DNA of 53,920 bases, the filler included, from Circinaria calcarea (Eukaryota): assembly GCA_051942165.1 (NCBI GenBank). It is 3 parts of 3 records of this genome, joined end to end, with 100 filler letters (N's around TTAATTAATTAA, not from the genome) between each part and the next. Parts side by side here need not be neighbours in the genome. Positions count along the whole stretch, not along the records: positions 1 to 17,918 come from JAVECS010000249.1; 2 more parts are not named here. One strand, given 5' to 3'. Shown here one piece after another: positions 1 through 10,322 of the stretch (position 1 is its first letter; every line of letters starts with the position of its first letter). The position numbers and the translations under genes are program-made. The notes under the pieces are model-generated. The model was given only the letters and a program-made list of their open reading frames with translations, did no database searches and had not been told where the DNA came from.

Positions 1-245
1 GGGGGGAATGGGGGGGTTTTCGTAAAGGTGGATAAAAAAAAAGGGGGAGATGGATGCCCCGGGTTATATCTCATCAATTGCTCGGTAAAAAACTCCTCGT
101 AGCGACAAACGGTTGAAATCAAAGCCATTACGAGTGTTTGAAGAAAAAGGTGCTTAGGTATTAAAGAAATCTCCATCGAATTTTGTCCTCTCCTACATTT
201 GCAAATCCGCCAACTCCATCCGGGCCCCTTTATCCATTGTACCCA

Positions 246-2651
246 TCACCCTTTAACTCCCTTCCCCCCCCCTCCCAAGAGAATTTCGTACTTGCCAGAC
301 CGATAAACACCGTCGGCAGCGACCACGTCGATTTGCTTCCCCATGAAAATCCATCGCGGCGTATCTCTGGGCACACGGATAATTGTACACTTTCTAATAT
401 TCACCATGTTGCCAAGTTTGTCCTTTATTATTTTCTCGGGCCGGTCAAGGTCTAGTCGGGGGAATATTTTAGATTCTGCGTAAGCTAGTGCGTAATCTTG
501 GTATGTGGCGAAAAGGATTATCATATCTTGGGACTGATCTGACACTAGTTCGTAGTTTCCAGTCTCCAGGATATCACTCAGGACATACTTGCCATTTTGC
601 TTCCAAGAGGAAAGACGCTTAGCATCGCTGGGTGCCCGAACAATCAGGATATTGCTTGTGTCGACAGCCGGGTTCCGCCGACTTACAGCAAGTAGCCGTT
701 CAGGGTTGGAGAACTCTTTGTTTATTTTGACAGCGTTTTGCTGATCTTGAATTGTGGCGAAGAAAATGCCGTGTGGTACTTCGGGTAGTAACTCCGTTAC
801 CTTTGGTGGTTTCCCAGATGGCTTGTCGACAATTTTCAATTGACCCGGCTTCACGACGTCAAGATGAATTATCTGTAGTATCTCGGACCCATCTGAATTT
901 GAGATCGCCTCTCGCCGACTTTTAGCAGACGCCCACACGAGGTTAATATCGTCAAGGTCTTCCTGTCCTTGATCTCGTGCATCGAGTACAGCTTGAGGTT
1001 TTCCAAATCGCTTGTCCTTAGCCGTGGCATTACTGTAATCACCAATTGTGAGAAAGAACGGAATCGCGTCCTCTACTCCGTCCTGTACGTCCACCGTCTT
1101 AGGTTCGCCTTCAACGGGGTCTGGCTCCGGTTGATATTGCCCAGTCCTCGCAATCTTATCTGCCACTATTGCGTCATCTCGGCTGGGCACAGCGGAGGAA
1201 CCCCGAGGCATTTCCGTAGCCCAGACCAGTTTGATATGGTCAGTGTGTTTCACACCCTTTCCCCTTGCAATAGCTAAAACTTTAGGATTGATGAAAGCCG
1301 AATGCCTACACTCTGCATTGTCTAAATCCGTGCGTGTCAGGAAAAGAGGTTTCCTTTCTATAGGTTCCTTTGGTGAAATAGTAATGGTGTCCTTTGGCAG
1401 TAAACCCGTCCCGCGATAAAAGTTTTCGGAATCTATTACACTTTTGGCCGTAATTGGACCCATTAATCGAGGGGCGTTCGGCCAGACATAAACAACATCA
1501 ACATCGTTTAAAGTACCAGGAATCTCACTTTGCTTAGCAATCACAGCTTCAGGATTGGCGTACGCCGTGTTTATTTCAGTTGCCCTAAAGTAGTCTCCGA
1601 GGGTGCGGAAAACAGGTACCTTCGTTTGGGGTTGATTTTCTGGGTATGTTGTCACTGGTACCTCTTCAAAGTGTCCAGACTCCAATACATTGTTTCCCGC
1701 AATATCATTCAGTTTATCGCCATAATGCCTATACCGCATGGTATTTTCAGGCACTCGAATAATTCTTATGCCGTTGAGGTACGGTGCCCCTGCTTTCCGT
1801 GTAGCGTCTATATCTTTAGGGCTTCTGTATGGGATCTCGTCTTTCTGAGCCAATATCGCATCTCTCTGCGTAGCGAAAAGGAGTACAGTTTCCTTTGATA
1901 ATGTTTGCCCGTCCTCTGTTTGGAGCGGTAAGGTTGGTGATGGTGGCGGCGGTGGACCAGGCAGCCAGTCCAAAACGTCCACAAAACTTTTGGACTCCAA
2001 CACATCACTCGCTGCAACCCGGTCATTCACTTGCCCGTCTTCGGCAGTATATCGTTTAGCATCTTCAAATACCTGGATGATTAGAATGTCATCCGTATCT
2101 GTCGAACCTTGAAATCTCGCCATAAGTACATTATTAGGCGTCCCATACAAACGGTTTCGAGAAGTAGCCAGGTTGAAATGTCGAATTGTGGCAAATAGAG
2201 CGATTTTCTCCACTCGCGGCTTGTCTTTTGGATATCCGGGCGTCAAATCTCGAAAGGTACCTGAATCTAGTACGCCCTCGGCCGCGACACTAGGGTGCCG
2301 GTGACCGCCTTCATCATATGACTTTGCAGGGTAGGAGACGCTGATAATCCTAATAGTACACGCAGTCGTATTGCCTCCCTTTTGCGCGCGTAGTACGTCT
2401 CCTGGCGTGATATGCTCCTTCTCAGGGTCTAGCGTCTTAGCTAATTCGTAATCACGCAACGTGGCGAAAAGAGTGATCCTCCCCACAACATCCTTTTCCC
2501 GCGGAGCGGTACTGGCTACACGAACAATGTCAATTCCGGCAACATTCTGCTGACGGTCCTCTGCGGCAAGTACAGCTGTCGGGCTGGTGTAAGTATCGTC
2601 TCGAACTAGAGCGAGAATTCGATCCTGATCTGTAGCGAAAAGAGGTATGAG
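246..2651 (-). repeat. Nine tandem, divergent protein repeats (~60-105 aa)
   Basis: The motif hhF[ALR]TxxD..A......P..V...I.hh.V...A.R...VAAxxVLxSGx[FY] recurs, with units starting near 2651, 2480, 2205, 1890, 1620, 1353, 1065, 773 and 524. Confidence 0.9.
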
Positions 2652-4245
2652 GTCCAGGTTTGGGTCTGGTTCTTCCGGTGCGTCTGGCATCCTTACATCG
2701 TCGGGTAGATCCTGGTCGTTCTGTGATCCAGACTGCTCTATCTGCCAACCATGGTATGCTTTCCTCTGTTGAAAGTGCATTGCTCCTAGTGCTGGAAACT
2801 CCATCATCTCTAAGAGGTCAAGGAAAGCCACCCCATCGTTCGGTCCCTCATAATAGTAGTAATCGCCTGTAGTTGGAGATCCTTTTTTAGCCATATAATC
2901 TGCTAATCGTAAGATTCCTATGCAAAATTGGACCCACCACTCAAGCGCTTTGTTGTCCAGAGTGCCTGCATATGGGAGGAACTCAAGCATATCCGAGGAT
3001 GGCTGTGATGGGGCGGAAGAAGGTGGGTCGTTCACGACGAAATTAGCCCAGTTGATGATCAATTCTTCGTGGTGGCTCATGAGTCTTGCGAGATCAGAGA
3101 TGGTTGTCTGAGCGAAAATAGCGTCAACAGATTGTTGGTAGGTGAAGTCACCCAGAACAGATTTATCAGGAGGAAGTTCCCATTGACCGTTTCCGTTACG
3201 TTTGAGCTGTTTTCTGTTGGGCCGATAACCATCTCCGTATATGACAGCAATGTAGGCAAGGTGCTTGAGAGTGTCAAGGTCGAAGCCTTCCGGTTTTTCT
3301 GCACCAACCTGAACCCGTAGGCGACAGCGTTCGGAAGTGACCGCAGCATGGAGATGGGCATCTCTACCTTTGATGGCATTTAGATAGGCATTGATCTCAG
3401 AGAACGAGTCAAGTTCCGAGTCTAACACTCTAGAGACGAGTACGATACCATGAGAGGTCCCTAATCGTGTTAGCTAGAGCTAGAAAAGTCAGAGCAAAAT
3501 CAGCTGACATTCATTAGCGTTTGGATAATCCTCATGCTTGATATCTACATCTCCTTTCGGATAAGGCCTGTTCCCGATATGGGCAGGGCCACCTTCAAAG
3601 TCCAGGGAGCGAGCCCCAGCAATGAGCTTTTCGCGATCGAGGAGACCTTGCAGGTCATGCTGGGCAAGACGCCCAAGTTCCTGGTCGCCATAAACATACC
3701 ACCTTTGGGAGGCCTCAGCGTCACGTCGAATTTTTTGGAGGTGAATATCGGCAGCCAGGCTTTGCTTTTCTGGCTGAACTGTGACTTGGTCGACCTGGTC
3801 AATATCCATTGCTTCAGCCTCTCGGGCCGGTGGGAAATAGTCATAGTTGAGGTTACGGGGATTGCCCCTCAAAACCTCCTGGGCGATGTACAATGGCTCC
3901 GTACCGGTTTCCCTTCACTCAAGCATTTCAGTTAGTCATATGAGTTCAATGCAAAAAGGAGCAGGCGCCAAGTGGTCCTCGGCTTCGAAACCAAGATTAC
4001 ATCGGCGCCAGCGTCTAACATAATCCTTCTTGCTTGGCCTGTGACGCTATAGGCGAAGAGAAAGTACGGCGCTTGTCCGTCAGAATCTTCCTCACGTACC
4101 TGTGTTCTCCAGTTTTCAGTCCTGTGTTTTCTGTTCCTTGTGTGCCTGGGTTCGGCTGCCTAACTTCGTCGAGGAGTGTATTATGGAACGCGAATATCAT
4201 GTCCAAGCTGAAGCTAAACTTCGGCTTGTAGTCTTCGTTGAGCAT
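246..4245 (-). CDS. Degenerate amidoligase-like (Amidoligase_2 / COOH-NH2 ligase fold) protein with nine C-terminal ~90-aa repeats; probably 3 exons
   Basis: ORFs 4015-4245, 3489-3893 and 246-3428 join into one gene. Intron 3461-3508 (GTCAGC...GCTAAC...TAG) restores EWTSHGIVLVSRVL. A first intron ends near 3912 (GACTAAC branch); its donor is uncertain. Family-like motifs occur in order: FSLDMIFAFH, EPLYIAQEVL, WYVYGDQEL, GIVLVSRVL, CRLRVQVG, LKHLA, INW, EFLPYAGTLD..WVQFC. The 3' end lies in low-complexity contig-end sequence. Confidence 0.75.
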
Positions 4246-5218
4246 CTTGAGAGTTGAGACACTGTAGGAACAGTAAGGACGCCTCCGAGTGATTGATTCT
4301 TACACAACTGTTTTGATGTGCTTATGCTACATGTAGTGCGAGAAGGCCAGCTTTTCTCGCATCCGCCTGGAGTAGTGGCAGATAAATGGTCCATTTCACG
4401 AGACAAAGAGAGAAGATGCTTGCTAACCAAAAACGACAGATGGACTGACGTGAGGATCATGAAGATGAATGCATCCTCGGGAACAGTGATAGGAGGGGAG
4501 GAATGGCCGGAAATGGATCTTTGGTGTTCCGCTTTATCCTTTCTGAACGAGTTTCAGGCGGTCTAACAGAAACTTGACTTTCGAGAGAAACGGGCAAATC
4601 CATAGCATCTCAGGACAGTACCCCGTATTCGCTGTATTGCTCTTCCGTTGGTCAGAACTGCGACTCGAGGATGCTGTTGTAGGACTCGAGGACTACATCA
4701 ATGGATTATCTGAACCTTGGGTTAGGCTAGCACGGGTAGTTACCTCGGTTAAATACTTAATCTCCAAAGGGTATTATCAGGCACGCTATTCTAAATATGT
4801 AACGAACGGACTTGCAAGATAAATTCCGAGAATGAGATATGAGCGATGGTCGTGCACATGTGAGAAAGTCTGCTCTGCTCCGTAGTCATGTCTATTCAAA
4901 GGTTTATATTCGTGATAGACGCGTAAAGGGAAACAATATATCAGCCTGAGCCGTCAAGGCAATAAATCCTTCGTAGCGTACACGCTTCTCGGACACCCGA
5001 CAGCAACGTATGGCAGACCGATGCTCTGCAGGGGAGCTTACAGTACAAGCATGGATCGGTTAGTGAATCCACGTAGACAAACTAAAGAGTAAATCCTATT
5101 AGGGGTACAAAAGCATATATATCCATGTAAACACTCCGCCAGCACCTGAGTAACCCACAGTATGTATAAGTAAGGTACTTATCAAGATATGGAAATAGCC
5201 TCGAAACAAACATCTATC

Positions 5219-8200
5219 CTATCCGTAAAGTTCCTCCTCATCATCCCCACCAGTATCTCCGAAGTCGCCATCGTCACCGTCACTCGAGGGCTCTCGCACC
5301 ACTGCTTTCCCCTTCCCCTTTCCCTTGGAGCTCCCATTCGTAAATACATCCCCGTCCCCATCATCGCCACTCTGATAGTCCCTCGCTATCGATTTTCCCT
5401 TTCCCTTAGCACTCACATTAGAGGATGCATACCTAGCTGGGGTACCGTAGTCGTTGCTGGTGACATACGCCTCGTCGTCATCATCGTCTTCCCCGTCCTC
5501 GTAGTCATGTTCGGAGCTCCAATTCGTAGCGATGGCCGTCCCCTTACCCTTGTTTATGGCTTTGGTATTGTATCGAGGTTTGGGTTTTGACCTAGAATAT
5601 ACCGCCTGTCCCGTACCGTTCACTTTGGGATATGGCAGATCTAACTGTGGAGGTAGGTTGCCGCCTGTACTGCTACTGTTCAAAGTTGGTCCTTCGAAGG
5701 CCTTACGGACTCGTTGGTAGTGTTCGAGTTCTTTGGCGCTATGCATGGTCAGTTTGATGAGTGATTGTGTCAAGTATCCTCGTTAGTCTTACCTGACACT
5801 GCCAATGAGTTCTTGTTGAGCAGCATAGAAGTCTTCTTCGGTGACCACAACGGCGATGTCCTCCTTGATAGCATAATGGTCAAAGAAATACGCAGCGGTG
5901 ACAGGTACAGGCATTGCCTTGATCTTTGCATCAACAGCAGATGCTTGTCGAGTGATAGCTTTGAGCATCGCATCCGAACACAGAGCATACAGATCGGCAC
6001 CGGTATAAGTAAAAGGGAGGGACTCGGCCACAAGGCGAAGCGATAGCTTTGGGTGAAGGGTGAATTTCCGTGTCAAAGCCTCCAAAATGGTAAGTTGCTT
6101 GTCATGAGTATCAGATACACCAAGGTAAAGCATCTTGTCAAATCTGCCAGGTCGAAGGAGCGCTTGATCAAGCAGATCAGGCCGATTTGTGGCACCGATA
6201 ACGAAGACGCCTCCTCCAGCTTCGTCACCATTGCTCATACCATCCAACTCTGCAAGAAGCTGACTGACGATACGATCCATAACGCCACCACTATCACCTT
6301 GGTTTCCTCGCTTTGGCGCGACGGAATCGAGTTCGTCGAAGAAGACAACGCAAGGTCTAGCATCTCTGGCTCGCTGGAACACACGACGTACATTAGCTTC
6401 AGACTCGCCTATGTACATGTTGAGTAGCTCCGGTCCTTTGACGGAGAAGAAGTTAAGAGAGAATTCCGTAGCAATCGCCTTTGCTAGTAGTGTTTTGCCA
6501 GTACCCGGTGGACCGTAGAATAAAATCCCGCTTCGTTTCTTCATGCCTTTGGCGAATAGTTCGGGCCGCTCTAGAGGCAGTTGTATTGTTTCCATCACGG
6601 CATCCTTGACATTCGTCAAACCTCCAACGTCGTCCCAGCTAACGTTGGGGATTTTCGGAGCGCCGATAGCATCTGCGAAATTCTTACGGGCGGCCTCGAC
6701 GGCAAGGTCAAAGTCAGCTTTCGTGACAGTACATGTCGCTCCCCCGGAAACCAACAGGTCCCTTAACAAAAGAGCACCCGAATGCTCAGCGTTTTTCGAG
6801 TTCTCGGATCCCAAAGCCTCTAGACGTTCCTGTCGCGCGATACGAGCTCGCTCGACAACATCGACCAAGTCACCAGCAACAAATGCTGCAGTCTTGACCG
6901 CTATAGCTGAAAGATCAACATCAAAAGCTAATCTTACCCCTTGAGCTTGGATGACCTCCTCTAAAATTCCTTCTCTCTCGCCTTCATCAGGAGCTGAAAC
7001 CTCTAATTCATGAGTGAACAGACTGCGAATGTCTTCGGGGACCTTGTCGATATCTGTTGTCGTCATAATTATAGCTTTGACATCCTCTACAACATCTTTG
7101 AGCACCGAACCCATTCGGTCGGCCGTCAGTGCCTCCAAGTGTCGGATTAGGGGCACGGTAAACTCTGGTCCACAACTCATTACCCGATCAACTTTGGCTT
7201 TGAGAGAAGCTTCTGTCTTGACATCTCCTCCCCCTGCACCACCTTCTGTAAGTATATCATATGCGTCGATAGGGAATACGTGAAGGCCAAGATCGGCGCA
7301 TGCACGTGAGGCTAAGTGGGCTTTACCAATACGTCGCTGAGTTGAGTGAAGCAGGATAACAATTGGCTTCAAATCCAAATGAAGTGTACCAGCGGCTGTA
7401 GCTGCTGCTAGAAGCTCACGTATTCGGCGTCGAAGAGGCGTGATGTGTAACCTATCAATACTTGCTGAATGATGCACGGCAGGGTTGGTAAGGATAGATA
7501 ACCTAGGGGGACGTCGAAGACCAAGGTAGTACTCCCAAGGATTTCCTATGGATGAGGGTACCTTAGACTGTTCCGTTCCGACTTGCACCATACGTGTGGT
7601 TTTCGGCTCGATAGACGCAACACCCCAAGTATCTGTTTCTTTCGGACGGTTTTCATCATCGGATGACCTCGTAACTTGTCCAACCTTAAACCAGGCTACC
7701 CCGGTCTTTCCCTCTTCTAATTGATTGCCCATGGTTGGACTTATCAAGAGCTCCTCAATCTCATCTGCTACCTCGGAACTACCTTCGGAAAGGATCTTAC
7801 TAACATCAATATCCATACTAATACTGACAAGGTCACCCTTTCGGAGTATGCGACGTCTTCGCTCAAAGTGTCGCTTAAGGCTTGCCAGTATGCCTGGCTG
7901 CATGGCCTTTTCAGTAGACAGCGGCGTTGCAAGCCTCAGCAACGTAATTTCTTTCGCTATCGGCGGACCTAGCACACTATCAATCTTCGATTTCACTGGC
8001 ATTTTGGCGTCTTGCGATTCTATCAAAAGTGGCATGAGCCTCACGGTCGACGGATTTCCAAGGTTTGCCAGTAAAATTGGTGAAAAGTAAGCCTCTGGAA
8101 GTGGTCTTCGGGTTGAGAGGGCTGTGCTAGATCTTCTCATCGTAGCTTTTCTCTGCGGGTTGTCAGGATTGTTCTTAGGTGTTAGGTCTGCCAAGCTATA

Positions 8201-9700
8201 TAGTTTAACGGCTCTGAATTCATCAGCTTCCACGCCGTTATCCTCGAATGGCTTAGCACCCCAGTAACCATCATTGCTCCTTCTTGAGTTCTGCGAGGCA
8301 TAGACTTTAACCCAATCGCCAGAAAAGCACCCTAACCTGGATAGCATTGTAACGTCTATGAAAACTCTTGCTTCTTCATCTTCATCACTTTTTGGTTGTG
8401 GAAATAAGACACTATCTGGCACTGATCTGAGCAGAGCCTTGGCCTGAAAGGGCTTGGCAGGAGCTTTTCTATCATTTCGTAGTGTCGTACTTGTGAAGTT
8501 CGAGTAGACAGAGCCAGGGGTGTTAGCTCCGCTGTTTCGGCCAAATACCATTCGAGGAGTAGCAGAGGTAACCGTTGTTGTCGCTCCTGGGCCTGATAAC
8601 GGCAGACTGGGAGGGCTCAATGTAATTAGGTTATCGGACAAGTCATCGGAGAGACTACTGTTCTCTGTGTCAGAACACTCGGAGTCTGAGCTGGAATACT
8701 TTTTGAGATTTTGCCTCTGCATTTTAGTCTGCGGGGGGTCGCCATTCTCCAAGGAAGAGGAAAACTGCTCAGCAGAGGTATCCTCGGCCTCTTCCGTAGG
8801 GATTCCGGGAGACGGTGATCCCTTTGGGAGCGACGTACCGTATTTCATAGTCTCCCCATTAGAGACTACGTCGATCAAGATTCTCGTCGTCGAACTCACG
8901 AACCCTTGATTGACAGGCTCACACATGGTGACTCTGACAGGGAGGAAAGCGACATGCGTGATTGGATGAGCAGGTAGGGGAAGTGGCAGTAGGTCACCTT
9001 GATGGATAATTCTCATAGAGGCTATGGATCTTCGAATAGCAGCTCTTAGACGATTTTGTTGATCCTGGCTTAATGACACCTCTTTCTCATAATCTGTCCC
9101 ACTACTCTCATTACTCGGCTTTCCGTTGACCTTCCCTTTACCTTTCCCAACTGACCCATGTGATTGGAAGCCACCGCCAAATCGCCTTTGAATCTCCTCA
9201 TGTTTTTGGAGAGCGTTTCCGTCAACTCTGACGACGATACGGTCCAAGGTTACAGGCTGTGTGTCCAAGACCAGGATTTTAAAGCCAAGTTTGGCTACGG
9301 CAAAGCCACCTCTTTGCTGGGAGTTCTTGATAAATCCCTGAATGGACAAAGATGAAGGCGGAAAACGTATCGAAGGAGCGGTTGAGGCCTTGGCCGGTCC
9401 ACTTGGAGTATCCTCGGACTTGACTGGTATTACCACCCAAGACGCATCTTCCAGCAAGTGCGGAGAATGGGGCCTCCAAGGAGTTATGGCAACGTGTTTG
9501 GCCTGTCCGTCGGTACAGCCATGCTGAAAGTGAGCAACGGAGCAACCAAAGAGCTCCGCAAAAAGTTCTGCCGATACAAGCCCAACGTCGCCCTCGCCAT
9601 GATTCTCTAGGATCAACTTAGCAGATAGGGGTGCTCTATCCGTCCTTCTCCGCCGCCGCCGTTTCTTACGGTGCTCCAAAGTCACGTTCGTGTCTTCCAT
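5219..9700 (-). CDS. PEX6: Peroxisomal biogenesis AAA ATPase Pex6 (~1475 aa, 2 exons)
   Basis: Degenerate D1 (HSTQRRIGKA) and intact D2 (GPPGTGKT, FFDELD, ATNRPDLLD..LRPGRFD); IGAPKIPNVSWDDVGG is typical of Pex6. Intron 5739-5792 (GTAAGA...CTGAC...TAG) joins ELIGSVS to AKELEHYQRVR, so ORF 5219-5773 is the last exon. Confidence 0.95.
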
Positions 9701-9800
9701 TAGTATTACCTTTTACTTGAAGATGGTTCAGCACAAGCTCATGAATTCGAATGGTCGTCAACTGCCTCCATACTTTATACCTCGATCCTGCTAATAAATG

Positions 9801-9806
9801 CCGAGG
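9801..9806. promoter_or_regulatory. CCGAGG/CCTCGG FarA/CTF1-type fatty-acid response core
   Basis: Exact CCGAGG ~100 bp upstream of the PEX6 ATG, in the divergent PEX6/lipase promoter. This core is the established Far-regulon motif for peroxin and lipid genes in filamentous fungi. A single hexamer could be chance. Confidence 0.4.
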
Positions 9807-10322
9807 TCAAATGAGATGTGATGCTAAGACAGGTTATTGCAACCAACACTTACCGCACAAGACTGCATCAATGTTGCTACTGAATGTCGAGGTATATGTA
9901 CACATTAAATTATAACTTATTAGGCAAACTGTTAATGCGCAAAGCAGATGGTATGTGTAGTCGTCCTCATTCATTCGACATTTGTTCCTGCATCCAAACA
10001 CACCTTACGGAGAAACGACAGGAGCGTTTGATCGTCTTATTCGAAATTGATTGGTCCGAGTTCCGGGCAATATGGTAAACAATTAATTTAAATTAGGCCT
10101 CCTTCACATGCAAATCTATAAATGGCGGGAAGATAGACATTTACACCACCGTCTACTAGATACTCGGTAGCGCGACAGGGCCTACCGGGATGTGAGCGCT
10201 ATGTCATTGCTCTTCGATGGTCATCTCTACTACGCCTGGCTTTTCTTTTGCTCGAGCAAAGACCATTTTGCAGCATTCGGGGAGAGCCGATTATTCAAAT
10301 GCTCCCTCCCTAGAGTAGTGAG

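Noticed and set aside
1..260. G/A homopolymer-rich sequence and the GGGGKGVKG C-terminus of the repeat protein
   Set aside because: Contig-end sequence of doubtful quality; the exact stop and tail were not interpreted.
4328..4362. Small hairpin TGCGAGAA/TTCTCGCA, and a GACTCGAGGA direct repeat at 4662/4683
   Set aside because: Too short to distinguish from chance; no TE or RNA context.
5219..5773. 184-aa ORF as a separate acidic protein
   Set aside because: It is the last exon of PEX6, joined in frame by intron 5739-5792.
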